Positions 18,806 to 30,185 of a DNA stretch of 38,872 nt are shown one piece after another; within the stretch, counting starts at the first letter, position 1; every line of letters begins with the position of its first letter. Position numbers and translations under genes: made by a program. The notes under the pieces are model-generated. The model saw only the letters and a list, made by a program, of their open reading frames with translations. It was not told the origin of the DNA and did no database searches. The stretch spans positions 1 to 38,872 of IMG/VR virus record IMGVR_UViG_3300047272_000160, one strand, 5' to 3'. This stretch comes from a virus (taxonomy: Duplodnaviria; Caudoviricetes).

Positions 18806-19067
18806 AGAGACACATCCAAACTTGGATGTTGAGGGTTGTTTCGGATGCAAAGTCGCAGGGGTACAGGTCGGGTCTAACTCCACCACTACCCGTGGTTCAC
18901 AGGTCGCTGAGATTAACCAGCGAGCAAAGAACTGGGACAAAGACATGCCCGCCTACAAGCGTCTCCGTGCTGAAGGATTACAGCCAAAGACCATTGACGG
19001 TTGCCACGCTGTAGAGCAGTTGGCTACTTCCCGCCATCAAATTGAGGGAACCCCAGCACCTATCTAA
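18795..19067 (+). CDS. Hypothetical protein (HP...GCFGCK motif)
   Basis: 90 aa, TTG start overlapping the previous gene. Confidence 0.7.
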   Translation: MKHRETHPNLDVEGCFGCKVAGVQVGSNSTTTRGSQVAEINQRAKNWDKDMPAYKRLRAEGLQPKTIDGCHAVEQLATSRHQIEGTPAPI

Positions 19068-19088
19068 TAGTGCTATTATCTACCCCGT

Positions 19089-20709
<1,621 letters not shown>

Positions 20710-20710
<1 letters not shown>

Positions 20711-20925
20711 TGGACTATTCTTTTCCCTCTAGAAATTGGGTTGCTGACGGTACAGTTACCCGTTTGGCTAATGATGAGGAGTTCGGTGCATATCTTTATA
20801 TTGCTGAACGGCGAGAGTCTGAACCTTTTACTAAAGACACACAGGCGATTCTTGATGCTTGGAAATTAGCGCATCCTGAGATTGTTAATGCAACACCACC
20901 AAGTTTCAACGGACCACCATCTTAA
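20710..20925 (+). CDS. Hypothetical protein (possible fibre chaperone)
   Basis: GTG overlapping the fibre stop codon, in frame with ORF 20674..20925. Confidence 0.6.
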
Positions 20926-20948
20926 AGTTAAACCCATTAGGAGGGGAA

Positions 20949-21989
20949 ATGAAAATTGCTGTATACACAATCGCCAAGAACGAAGAACAATTTGTTCAAC
21001 GCTGGGCTGAATCGTGTAAGGAAGCCGACTATCGGGTAATCCTTGATACAGGCTCAACAGACAAAACACTGCATGAGATAATCCTTAACGACACAATCAT
21101 GTGGGAGCAAAAGGAGTTCACCCCGTGGCGTTTTGACAACGCTCGCAACCACGCACTTCACCTTCTACCTGATGACATAGATATGTGCATCTCCCTAGAC
21201 ATGGACGAGGTGCTACAACCAGGATGGCGAGAAGCATTAGAAGCCATACCAGTAGGTACTACCCGACCACGATACAAATATGTTTGGTCATGGAACCCTG
21301 ACGGTTCCGAAGGTCTTGTCTATGGTGGAGACAAAATCCACACCCGTCATGGCTACCGATGGAAACACCCAGTCCATGAGGTACTTAAGTCAGATGGTCC
21401 AGAAGTCCAGAACTGGACCAACGGTTTAGTAATCCATCACCATCCTGACCCCAACAAATCAAGGGCGCAATACCTACCACTGTTGAAGATGGCTGTAGAC
21501 GAAGACCCCCGTGATGACCGTAACCAGTTCTACCTAGCCCGTGAGTATTACTTCAACGGGGAATTAGGACTAGCCCAATACCACTTCTCCGAACATCTCA
21601 AGTTGTCACAGTGGCACCCTGAGCGAGCAGCCTCTCACCGCTACATGGCGAAGATGCGACCCGAAGCCCGTGAACACCACCTCTACCTAGCCATCGCAGA
21701 AGACCCACTACGCCGAGAGTCATGGGCTGAACTAGCCAAGCACTACTACGCCAAAGAAGATTGGGACAGATGCCTCTATGCCAGCAAGCAAGGACTGCTC
21801 ATCTACGAGAAGCCACTTGACTATCTATGTGAGGCTGAGGCTTGGGGTCCACTACTCCACGACCTAGCCGCCATCTCACTGCACCATCTTGGTGACTCGG
21901 ATGAAGCGTTCTTTCAGGGTTCCATCGCCCTGTCCCTTGCCCCTACTGACTTAAGGCTTCAAGCGAACCTAGACCATTATCGGCTATGA
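20949..21989 (+). CDS. Family 2 glycosyltransferase with C-terminal TPR-like repeats
   Basis: YTIAKNEE, LDTGSTDKT, FDNARN, LDMDE (DxD), PVHE; helical FYLAREY repeats. Confidence 0.9.
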   Translation: MKIAVYTIAKNEEQFVQRWAESCKEADYRVILDTGSTDKTLHEIILNDTIMWEQKEFTPWRFDNARNHALHLLPDDIDMCISLDMDEVLQPGWREALEAIPVGTTRPRYKYVWSWNPDGSEGLVYGGDKIHTRHGYRWKHPVHEVLKSDGPEVQNWTNGLVIHHHPDPNKSRAQYLPLLKMAVDEDPRDDRNQFYLAREYYFNGELGLAQYHFSEHLKLSQWHPERAASHRYMAKMRPEAREHHLYLAIAEDPLRRESWAELAKHYYAKEDWDRCLYASKQGLLIYEKPLDYLCEAEAWGPLLHDLAAISLHHLGDSDEAFFQGSIALSLAPTDLRLQANLDHYRL

Positions 21990-22018
21990 TACGCATGTCC
22001 CTGTCTTAAGGAGTAATA

Positions 22019-22171
22019 ATGTCTGCTAAGGGCGAAATGTACAAGTCCAAGAGTGCCAAGATGAAGCACGAAAAGGGCGAAGGCATGAAAGAAAAGATGA
22101 TGGAATATGGCAAGAAGAACGCCATGTCCAAGAAGGCTCCAGTGCGTAAGGCTAAGGCTAAGAAGAAATAA
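22019..22171 (+). CDS. Small Lys/Met-rich basic protein (50 aa)
   Basis: Manual translation MSAKGEMYKSKSAKMKHEKGEG...KAKAKKK; AAGGAG RBS; TAATG coupling; absent from ORF track. Confidence 0.75.
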   Translation: MSAKGEMYKSKSAKMKHEKGEGMKEKMMEYGKKNAMSKKAPVRKAKAKKK

Positions 22172-23058
22172 TGTCCACAGTTGGAACAGTTGTAGACCGT
22201 ACCCTACGCCAGTTAATGTCTGGCTCTGTAGAGGAACGCAATAAAACTGTTTCGGCTGTCACTGCTACAGCCACCTCTGTGTCTATGCAGTACGAACTTG
22301 CTGGCATCCGCCCTGGTGGTGTTATCCAAATTGATAACGAATTGTTGTATGTTTGGGAACTCAACTCAGGCGCAAAGTCAGTGACTGTTGAGCGTGGTTG
22401 GAACGGTACAACAGCAGCGGCTCATGCCTCTGGCGCAATCGTTACCGTTGACCCCAAGTTCCCTCGTGCTCAAATCCTTGAAGCAATCAACGCAGAACTA
22501 GACGACTTGTCTAGCCCTGTCAATGGCTTGTTCCAAATCAAATCATTGGAACTGAACTACAACGGCACCTCGTCAATGGTCAACCTGCCAACCACAGACA
22601 AAATCATTGACATCGTGTCTGTGTCCGTGCGTTACCTGTCTGACGACTACCCAAAGATTCGCCGTATGCGTCTCATCCGTGACCTCCCCAACGATGACTT
22701 CAACTCTGGATACGCAATCCGCCTAGACGAAGAAGTCCGTGCAGGACGCATGGTTGTTGTGTACAAAGCACCGTTCACAAATGTGACAACCGATGCACAG
22801 AACCTGCAAAACATCACAGGTATCCCAACATCCTGCGAAGACATCCTCATGATGGGCGCACAGATTCGTTTGATTAGCCCACGAGAAATGAAGCGCAACT
22901 TCACCGAGTCACAAGGCGACACCCGCCGTGCAGAAGAAGTACCTTTCGGTGCAGTGACAGGTTCGGTCAACCAAATCATTCGTATGCGCCGTGACCGCAT
23001 CACAGCAGAAGCAGCGAAACTCATGAGGCAGTACCCAACATTCCTTAGCAGGGTCTAA
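22171..23058 (+). CDS. Putative head-tail adaptor (tail tubular A-like)
   Basis: 295 aa at the start of the tail module; IQIDNEL...VERGWNGTTAAAH motif; assigned by position. Confidence 0.6.
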   Translation: MSTVGTVVDRTLRQLMSGSVEERNKTVSAVTATATSVSMQYELAGIRPGGVIQIDNELLYVWELNSGAKSVTVERGWNGTTAAAHASGAIVTVDPKFPRAQILEAINAELDDLSSPVNGLFQIKSLELNYNGTSSMVNLPTTDKIIDIVSVSVRYLSDDYPKIRRMRLIRDLPNDDFNSGYAIRLDEEVRAGRMVVVYKAPFTNVTTDAQNLQNITGIPTSCEDILMMGAQIRLISPREMKRNFTESQGDTRRAEEVPFGAVTGSVNQIIRMRRDRITAEAAKLMRQYPTFLSRV

Positions 23059-23061
23059 CCG

Positions 23062-24927
23062 ATGGCGGTAACATCGTTCACCCTTCCGTATGTAGGGACA
23101 CCGCCGTACTTCTCAGGTACCAGCGCAACCAACCTTGTACCTAGCGTCTTCCCTGTAGCGATTGATGGTCGCCCATACATGATTGACCAGAAGTCTGGCA
23201 AGTTCCAGCGTGGCTATGAACAGCGTGTTCGTGATTCGCAAGACACCTCTACTGCCCCTGGTGAGGCAGCAATTAACCCTGGTGGTTTGTGGAGGCGTGG
23301 TCAGGACTCGTGGCATTACGGTGCAGGACAGTCATATGCCGATACAGCAGAATCAAAAGAGTACCGTTTCTATAAGTCAAAGGGTATCAACCCTTGGGTG
23401 AAGGGTCAGTTGTCGTTACTTAATGACACGCTTCTATCTAAATCTTCAACTGCTACTTCTCAACATATGGTTGTGCAAGATGGTCGTATCTATGCCTCGT
23501 TGAACGGTGATGTTTTTTATTCAACTAATCCGTATTCCACTTCGGCAACATGGACTGGCTGCACTGGTGAGCCTGGTGGTTCATGCGCTGCTATGGCAAC
23601 AGACGGCAACGATGTTTACCTTGCTTTCCCTTCTGATGGTGTACGCAAGATTGATACCAGTGCTGACCCTGCCGTCATCAGTGGAACAAAGTTTGTCAAC
23701 AGTAACGACAACTACTATATGTTGGGCTTTGCCAAGAACTATATGTTTGGCTCACATAGCCATGTCCTGAACACAATCTCCAGCGGTGGTTCAAAGACTG
23801 CCCATGTCACCCCTGATGACACATCGTTCACATGGGTTGGGGTAGCCACAGGACAAAACGCTGTATACGCCGCAGGGTACTCAGGTAAGAAATCTCTTAT
23901 CTACAAAATCACAATCAAGACAGACGGCACACTTGACTCAGGCGTTGTCGCACTTGAACTCCCAACAGGTGAAGTAGTCACAGCAATCTCTGGCTACCTA
24001 GGATTCATTCTCATCGGCACAAACCAGGGTGTTCGTTTCTGTAGTACAGACACAAACTCCAACCTTGTCGCAGGACAACTCATCCCAACAGCAGGTTCTG
24101 TATACAAGTTCTCATCGTATGACCGATTCGTATGGTTCACATGGTCACGCTACGACACCACATCAGGCGGCTTAGGTCGTCTTGACCTGTCAGTTTTCAC
24201 CGCCGTCAATACACCTGCATATGCAACAGACCTCATGTATGACTCAACAAATGATGTAACAAATGTTGTTGTATTTGCAGACGCAGTATCAGGCGCATAC
24301 AAGCATGTGTTCATGGTCAGCGGTATTGGCATTGTCGCAGAGGATTCAAGCGAACTCACTGCTTCAGGACAGATTGAATCTGGAACATGGCGTTGGGGTA
24401 TCCCTGACCGCAAGTTCGTAGCCAAAGTGGACACCCGTGCCACCCCTCTTGCTGGCACAATCGTTTCCTACCTTAAGACAGACGAAAGCGAATACGCCGA
24501 ACTAGGAACATGGGCATCAGCGAACGACACAGAGAACTCGTTTGACGGCTCAGACACCAAGGCTATTGAAGCCTCGTTCAAGTTCGTCTTGAACCGTTCC
24601 AGCACAGCAACATCTACTGGTCCGACCATGACACGCTGGATGGCACGAGCCTATGTTGCACCGTTCCGTTCACAGGTATTCGTAGTTCCCATCATCTTGC
24701 ATAAGTCAGTCAATGTTAAGGACAAGGTGTACTACTACGATGTTGAAGAACATCAAATCTTCTTTGACGGTCTGCTTGAATCGCCACGAATCATCACCCT
24801 GCAAATTGGCAGTTTCACCCACACGGTAATTACCGAAGACATCGCTTGGGAATCATCAGATTCTCACGGAAACAGTTGGACATTTGACGGGACGCTTGTT
24901 GTAACATTGCGTTCGGTGGAAAACTAG
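23062..24927 (+). CDS. Putative tail nozzle (beta-propeller, tail tubular B-like)
   Basis: 621 aa, beta-rich repeats, follows the adaptor. Confidence 0.6.
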   Translation: MAVTSFTLPYVGTPPYFSGTSATNLVPSVFPVAIDGRPYMIDQKSGKFQRGYEQRVRDSQDTSTAPGEAAINPGGLWRRGQDSWHYGAGQSYADTAESKEYRFYKSKGINPWVKGQLSLLNDTLLSKSSTATSQHMVVQDGRIYASLNGDVFYSTNPYSTSATWTGCTGEPGGSCAAMATDGNDVYLAFPSDGVRKIDTSADPAVISGTKFVNSNDNYYMLGFAKNYMFGSHSHVLNTISSGGSKTAHVTPDDTSFTWVGVATGQNAVYAAGYSGKKSLIYKITIKTDGTLDSGVVALELPTGEVVTAISGYLGFILIGTNQGVRFCSTDTNSNLVAGQLIPTAGSVYKFSSYDRFVWFTWSRYDTTSGGLGRLDLSVFTAVNTPAYATDLMYDSTNDVTNVVVFADAVSGAYKHVFMVSGIGIVAEDSSELTASGQIESGTWRWGIPDRKFVAKVDTRATPLAGTIVSYLKTDESEYAELGTWASANDTENSFDGSDTKAIEASFKFVLNRSSTATSTGPTMTRWMARAYVAPFRSQVFVVPIILHKSVNVKDKVYYYDVEEHQIFFDGLLESPRIITLQIGSFTHTVITEDIAWESSDSHGNSWTFDGTLVVTLRSVEN

Positions 24928-24936
24928 GAGACAATT

Positions 24937-26262
24937 ATGGCATATTCACGCAGGGCTTACAAAGGTGCAGCAGTAGCAAACTCTTTAGGTAGTGGTCTCA
25001 TTGCAAACGCAACAACAATTACTCTGACCAATGTGATGTCTGGTTGGTCAACCAGTGGCACCCCATTCTTCGTTGTTGTAGACCCTGGCACAGCCAAGGA
25101 AGAAAAGATTTGCGTTATCTACGCATCCTCCACCACCCTCACAGTTGTTGACCCTGCCGTCACATCTTCATGGACAGCCTCAGTCAATGGTCGTGGGGCT
25201 GACGACACCACAGACCGAGCACACGACACAGGTGCCGTCATCTACCCAGTTTTCACCGCCACCGAAGCCAACCAAGCCAACGAGATTGTCTCCAAGTACA
25301 CCACCAATGGCGACCTTGTTGTCCACGGTAGTACAGGTCTTAAGACAATATCCACTGGTGGTTCAGGCAACAACAATAAAGTTTTAGTTGCTGACTCAAC
25401 TGTCTCTGACGGTGGTGTTAAGTGGGCAACCGTAGGTACAGACAGCATTGCTGACTCGGCTATCACATCAGGCAAGATTGCAGACGGGGCTATCGTCAAC
25501 GCCGACATCAACGCATCAGCCGCTATTGCTTTAAGTAAGTTGGCTACAGGTGCGCTCCCAACTAGCATCACTGTTGCATCAGCAAACCTTGTAAACGGCA
25601 CAATCGTGGCAGAGGACATCGCTGACGATGCAATTACCACAGGGAAAATCCTTGACTCCAATGTGACCTTGGCTAAGTTGGCATCAGCCGTAGCAAACGC
25701 CCTTGTCCCTGTCGGTACCATCACCGCCTATGCAGGTGCTACTGCCCCTACTGGCTGGCTTCTGTGTGACGGCACCAGCACCACTGGCTACACAGCACTC
25801 GCTGCTTTAGTTGGTGCCACCACTCCTGACTTCCGTGGTCGTTTCCTCATCGGTGACAACGCAAGCCTGACATTGCTGGGTACGGGTGGTTCAACCACTA
25901 TCGGCACCAACAACCTTCCAGCGCACACCCACGCTGCTGGCACTTTGGGTACAGCCGCTGCTGCTGCTGGTGTTTCAATTACTGATGACGGGGCAGAACA
26001 GCACACTCACTTCTTGGCTACTGACCTATTAACCTCTACGACTTCACACGGTCACGGTCAAGACGGTCAACTCATGGGTGGTACTTCAGCAACCCCCGCA
26101 GGTACAGGTTCCTACACTGTGGGTGTTGACGGTGACCACACCCACAACATCACAGACCCAACCCACAGCCACACAGTCACTGGCTCTACAGCCAGCACAG
26201 GCGGGGCAGAGGCTTACTACCAGCCATACGGCGTGGTCAGTTACATCATCAAGCACGACTAA
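24937..26262 (+). CDS. Tail fibre with phage tail-collar domain
   Basis: VPVGTITAYAG...PTGWLLCDG...PDFRGRF, NLPAHTH and HxH repeats, QPY...YIIK C-terminus. Confidence 0.88.
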   Translation: MAYSRRAYKGAAVANSLGSGLIANATTITLTNVMSGWSTSGTPFFVVVDPGTAKEEKICVIYASSTTLTVVDPAVTSSWTASVNGRGADDTTDRAHDTGAVIYPVFTATEANQANEIVSKYTTNGDLVVHGSTGLKTISTGGSGNNNKVLVADSTVSDGGVKWATVGTDSIADSAITSGKIADGAIVNADINASAAIALSKLATGALPTSITVASANLVNGTIVAEDIADDAITTGKILDSNVTLAKLASAVANALVPVGTITAYAGATAPTGWLLCDGTSTTGYTALAALVGATTPDFRGRFLIGDNASLTLLGTGGSTTIGTNNLPAHTHAAGTLGTAAAAAGVSITDDGAEQHTHFLATDLLTSTTSHGHGQDGQLMGGTSATPAGTGSYTVGVDGDHTHNITDPTHSHTVTGSTASTGGAEAYYQPYGVVSYIIKHD

Positions 26263-26315
26263 ACCTGCTAATATCTGCCTTAAGTCGCAAGGGGCTAACC
26301 ACTAGGAGAACCCCA

Positions 26316-26585
26316 ATGTTGTCACTGAAGATTGCCAAGGATGTAGCAGGTCGCATCATCGCCCTGTTCATCATGTCCAGCCTTACAATCATCACTGGCT
26401 CTAGCATCATCAACTCCGTAGGCACAGGCGTGACCATCCCACTGTGGTACTCGGCAGCCCTCGGTGGTTTCCACGCCATCGCTGATGTTCTCGTCAATCT
26501 TGCCAAGGCATCCCTTGATGGCAAGTTGGAAGCACACGAAGTAGACGCAGCCTTCGGTGTAAAGCGTGACCCTGAGACTCGTTAG
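26316..26585 (+). CDS. Membrane protein, possible holin
   Basis: Two hydrophobic segments, start of the lysis region. Confidence 0.6.
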   Translation: MLSLKIAKDVAGRIIALFIMSSLTIITGSSIINSVGTGVTIPLWYSAALGGFHAIADVLVNLAKASLDGKLEAHEVDAAFGVKRDPETR

Positions 26586-27693
26586 GGTCTTATTTCTTAT
26601 AGGGGCTTGCGCTCTACTGCTTTCCGCCTCGGCACAGGCTGAGGACACAGCAGGAATCAACATCACTGTTTACAACAACTACGGGTACAACGCTGCCCCA
26701 CCTCTACCTGGCAATGACCGCATTGTAGGCACAATGGTTGTTCCCGACATCAACCAAAACTTTGACAGCCAACCGTTGTTCAACATGTACGAAGACTTCG
26801 CTGTTAAGTACGAAGGTTTCATCACAGCACCCTGTACCTGTGCTATTCAGTTCATGGCTCAAGCCGATGACGGCACCAAACTGTACCTAGATGGGGCACT
26901 TATCGCTAATGACTGGCGAGACAAAGGAGGCGGAGGGTCGGTCTCACAGCCTGTCCAATTTGAAGAAGGTCTATCTAAGCAGATAACCCTGTGGTTCTAT
27001 GAGAACGGCGGAGGTGCATGGGTTCAACTGTGGTGGATGGTGCAGAACCAGTGGGAGATAGTTCCAGCGTCAGCGTTTACCACCCACGAATTGTTGCCCA
27101 CAACAACGCTCCCACCAACAACAACCACGGAGCCACCTCAAACAACGACAACAACATCTTCTACCACCACCACAACAGAATTACCCACGACAACCACAAC
27201 GACAGAATTAACCATTCCATCTACTCTGCCTCCAACCACAACTGTCCCTCAAACCATTGCGCCAACAACGACAACGGTACCGCCAACAACGACTTCATCT
27301 TCTACCTCCACTACTACGAGCACGACAAGTACAACGGTACCAGTCACGACCACCACGATTGTTATACCGCCTGTCGTAAGTCCTGAAGAAGCAACCGAGT
27401 TGGCTACCAACGCTGAGGTGCTGGCTGAGGTCACGGAGGAGGAAGCAACTGAAATCTTTGAGGCTCTCGTAGTTGAGGACTTAAGTGAGGAACAACTGGT
27501 TGCCCTTGTCTCAGCCGTGCAGGACGCACCCGTGGCTGTCCGTGAATCCTTTGAGGCTTCGGTCAATGTGTTCGGTGGCGGGGTGGATACCTATGTCCCG
27601 ATTGGTTCAACAGTTCCAGTCAAGACTCGCCGTGCCCTCATCGTTATCAACCTGATGTCCTCAGTAGCAGTCATGCCAACAAAGAGAAAGTGA
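26566..27693 (+). CDS. Secreted/surface PA14-domain protein with Thr-rich mucin-like stalk
   Basis: Signal peptide (ASAQA); FAVKYEGFI, ADDGTKLYLDG, FYENGGGA, VPASAF PA14 motifs; poly-Thr/Pro tract 27097-27360; hydrophobic and basic C-terminus. Confidence 0.85.
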   Translation: MTLRLVRVLFLIGACALLLSASAQAEDTAGINITVYNNYGYNAAPPLPGNDRIVGTMVVPDINQNFDSQPLFNMYEDFAVKYEGFITAPCTCAIQFMAQADDGTKLYLDGALIANDWRDKGGGGSVSQPVQFEEGLSKQITLWFYENGGGAWVQLWWMVQNQWEIVPASAFTTHELLPTTTLPPTTTTEPPQTTTTTSSTTTTTELPTTTTTTELTIPSTLPPTTTVPQTIAPTTTTVPPTTTSSSTSTTTSTTSTTVPVTTTTIVIPPVVSPEEATELATNAEVLAEVTEEEATEIFEALVVEDLSEEQLVALVSAVQDAPVAVRESFEASVNVFGGGVDTYVPIGSTVPVKTRRALIVINLMSSVAVMPTKRK

Positions 27694-27706
27694 TACAGTA
27701 CAACCC

Positions 27707-27880
27707 ATGCGTAAGTATCTAGGAGCCATCATCAGCCTGTCGCTATGGCTGACCAGCACTGGACTAATGCTCATCACCCTCTCAGGGGAAACTCTCAGCA
27801 AGGCTCTGTACCTCAGTGCAGTAGCCCTGTTTATCAACATCCTTGCCATCGTTCTTGGCGTGGGCATAGAAGAAGAATAG
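27707..27880 (+). CDS. Small two-TM membrane protein (holin-like, 57 aa), leaderless
   Basis: Manual translation MRKYLGAIISLSLWL...LAIVLGVGIEEE; TG-A-TACAGT ends 7 nt upstream; directly precedes the endolysin. Confidence 0.7.
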   Translation: MRKYLGAIISLSLWLTSTGLMLITLSGETLSKALYLSAVALFINILAIVLGVGIEEE

Positions 27881-27887
27881 GAACCAC

Positions 27888-28394
27888 ATGAAGTACACAG
27901 GTAACAGCGATGGGGTATCACGCACAGGTGCACGACCAGGCACCCTCAAACTGGTTCAACTCTGTGATTCACGCTGGGATTTTTCCAACATGGGCGTGTT
28001 CTCTAACCGCACCATGAACAACCCGAAGGCTAAGAAGGGCGACCCAAGGTGGTTGTCTGTCCACGCAACAGGGCGTGCCTGTGACCTCGGATACAAAGAC
28101 CGTGCCGATGCAGTAGAAGCATGGGACTGGTTCGTCCAACACGCCAATGCTCTTGGTATTGAAGAAATCCATGACTACGCCTATGACGAAAATGTCAAGG
28201 ATAAGGTGCAGGGCTGGGGTCGTGGCTACCGTTGCCAACGCAAGAAGGGTGAGCCACTCGTAAAGATTTATGACGACCAAGATAATGCTGGCTCAAGAGG
28301 AGGGCGGTGGTTGCACCTAGAACTTTCTCCTGAGATGGCAGACAACGCTCACAAGTTTGAAGCCGTGTGGCGTTCCCTTCCTAAGCCAGTGTAA
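27888..28394 (+). CDS. Endolysin, M15-like zinc peptidase
   Basis: R...SVHATGRACD...WLHLE zinc-peptidase motifs. Confidence 0.8.
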   Translation: MKYTGNSDGVSRTGARPGTLKLVQLCDSRWDFSNMGVFSNRTMNNPKAKKGDPRWLSVHATGRACDLGYKDRADAVEAWDWFVQHANALGIEEIHDYAYDENVKDKVQGWGRGYRCQRKKGEPLVKIYDDQDNAGSRGGRWLHLELSPEMADNAHKFEAVWRSLPKPV

Positions 28395-28624
28395 TGGGAG
28401 TTGTCGGTGTCCTTGGTTCCATTGCTGGCTGTGTCGTATCTATTGGTGTTATCTATCGTGGTGTTGTGCGACCTGTTTATCGGTGGGCAACAAGACTAGA
28501 AAAAGCAATGGCTCATGTTGAGATGAACATGAAGAACAATGGCGGTTCATCTATGCGTGATGCTATTGACCGCATTGAGAATCGTTTGAATCGCCTAGAG
28601 GATTTCGTCACGAAGCCCTGGTAG
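28394..28624 (+). CDS. Single-TM coiled-coil lysis-region protein
   Basis: N-terminal TM, NGGSSMRDAIDRIE motif common in actinophage lysis cassettes. Confidence 0.75.
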   Translation: MGVVGVLGSIAGCVVSIGVIYRGVVRPVYRWATRLEKAMAHVEMNMKNNGGSSMRDAIDRIENRLNRLEDFVTKPW

Positions 28625-28637
28625 TCTCTTGAGTCCT

Positions 28638-28772
28638 ATGACTCAGCAAGACCTTGACATTCTCCTTAAGTATCTAGTCAAAGCAGTCGTGCCACCTAAT
28701 GACCATGATGCCTTTCTTAAGGCTGTAGAACGGTTGGCAGCCTTACGCAGTAAGGAAATCCAAGCCGCATAG
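28638..28772 (+). CDS. Hypothetical protein (44 aa)
   Basis: Manual translation MTQQDLDILLKYL...; TG-G-TAGTCT upstream. Confidence 0.55.
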   Translation: MTQQDLDILLKYLVKAVVPPNDHDAFLKAVERLAALRSKEIQAA

Positions 28773-28792
28773 CCAGCGACTAATATCGGGTC

Positions 28793-28912
28793 ATGCCGAA
28801 CCCTCGCTACATCTACATCTGCCCAACCTGCGGGGAAGCATGGCACCAATCACAAGGTCGCTACTGCCCTGAGTGTCGCACGGAAGGTGAGCCAGCAACT
28901 AATGACGACTGA
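28793..28912 (+). CDS. Small zinc-ribbon protein (39 aa)
   Basis: Manual translation with CPTC...CPEC; TAATAT ends 6 nt before the ATG. Confidence 0.55.
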   Translation: MPNPRYIYICPTCGEAWHQSQGRYCPECRTEGEPATNDD

Positions 28913-29174
28913 ATACGAACCACAGAAGTACCCAATCGTTCTCGTCTACTGGGCTGACGCACACGGTGGTGATGCAGGTTGGCTCACGCTAGATGGCGTT
29001 GAAGATGACGGTGAAGTAGTTGTGCAATCAACTGGTTTCCTTGTCCCTGTCGGTGATGACGGTGCAAAAGAAAAGCACATCACTCTGTTGCAATCTATTC
29101 ATGAAGGCGAAGGAATCAACCTGTTCTACATCCCTGTAGATATGGTTAGAAAAATAATTGTTCTGAACTCTTGA
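28902..29174 (+). CDS. Hypothetical phage protein (VxWxDA...GW...STG type)
   Basis: ORF 28887..29174; ATG 28902 is the likelier start. Confidence 0.75.
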   Translation: MTTEYEPQKYPIVLVYWADAHGGDAGWLTLDGVEDDGEVVVQSTGFLVPVGDDGAKEKHITLLQSIHEGEGINLFYIPVDMVRKIIVLNS

Positions 29175-29199
29175 CTTTGACACACCCCTCCTGTAACTT
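29171..29199 (+). promoter_or_regulatory. Promoter for the recombination/DNA operon
   Basis: TTGACT, 17-bp spacer, TAACTT, then GAAGGGGAG RBS. Confidence 0.7.
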
Positions 29200-29234
29200 C
29201 GTGTCTAACAGTTACACAACAGAAGGGGAGTCAC

Positions 29235-30185
29235 ATGACTTTCAAGCGTTACCGCATCCACAAACAACCACACGGTTCCCAAGCATGGCTTGACCAGCGA
29301 TACATGGATGAGAATGGCAACCGCCGTATCTCCGCCAGTGCAGCCGCCGCAATCTACGGGCTACACCCATTCGTAAAGAAAGACCACTACGCCGCCGAGC
29401 AACTCTCAGGCGTGGCACCAAGCCCCATCACCCCTAACGCTGCGATGGAAACAGGCAACCGTCTTGAGGACACCATCATCCAGTGGGCAGGGGACCGTCT
29501 CGGTGTCAAGTTTGAAACACCAAGCGAACTGTTCTGCTACGACACCGAAGCAGGATGTCATCTCATCTCCACCCTTGACGGATGGAACGAAGAGACCCGC
29601 CACATCCTTGAAGTCAAGACCACCAGCCGTGAATACTCAGGCACCTTGCCTGACTACTGGCGTATCCAAGGCATCACACAAGCAATCTGTTCCGATGCTA
29701 AGCGTGTCACATGGGCAATCTTTGACAACACCCTGCGCCTCACCCTCGTTGAGCAGGAGATTACACAGCAGGAAATTGACGAGCACATCGGTGCAGTGAC
29801 CGACTGGTTGAACAGCATTGAACTCGGCATGACACCAGCGGGTGTGAAGTGGTCGTATGAAACAATCCAAACCCGCTACCAGCGTCCAGTGTCTCGCACT
29901 GTTGAACTACCAGCCGAAGCATCCGACCTTCTCCAACGCCTCCGCCATGTCCGTTCCGAACTTGCTTCATACAAGCAGATGGAAGACGAATTGAAAGCAG
30001 AGATTTGCGATTTGATTGGCGACTCAGATACCGCTATCCTTAACGGTACGACAGTTGCTACTTGGAAGGGTCAGAAGCGGGAGTCGTTTGACGCAAAGAA
30101 GTTCCGTGCCGAACATCCTGAACTTGCACAGCAATACACCAAAGAAGTACAAACTCGTACATTCCTTTTGAAAGGGGAAAAATAA
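29235..30185 (+). CDS. YqaJ-like (lambda exonuclease family) recombination nuclease
   Basis: WLDQR...ISAS, GNRLE, STLDG, LEVKT, YWRIQ motifs; FDAKKFRAEHP tail. Confidence 0.9.
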   Translation: MTFKRYRIHKQPHGSQAWLDQRYMDENGNRRISASAAAAIYGLHPFVKKDHYAAEQLSGVAPSPITPNAAMETGNRLEDTIIQWAGDRLGVKFETPSELFCYDTEAGCHLISTLDGWNEETRHILEVKTTSREYSGTLPDYWRIQGITQAICSDAKRVTWAIFDNTLRLTLVEQEITQQEIDEHIGAVTDWLNSIELGMTPAGVKWSYETIQTRYQRPVSRTVELPAEASDLLQRLRHVRSELASYKQMEDELKAEICDLIGDSDTAILNGTTVATWKGQKRESFDAKKFRAEHPELAQQYTKEVQTRTFLLKGEK

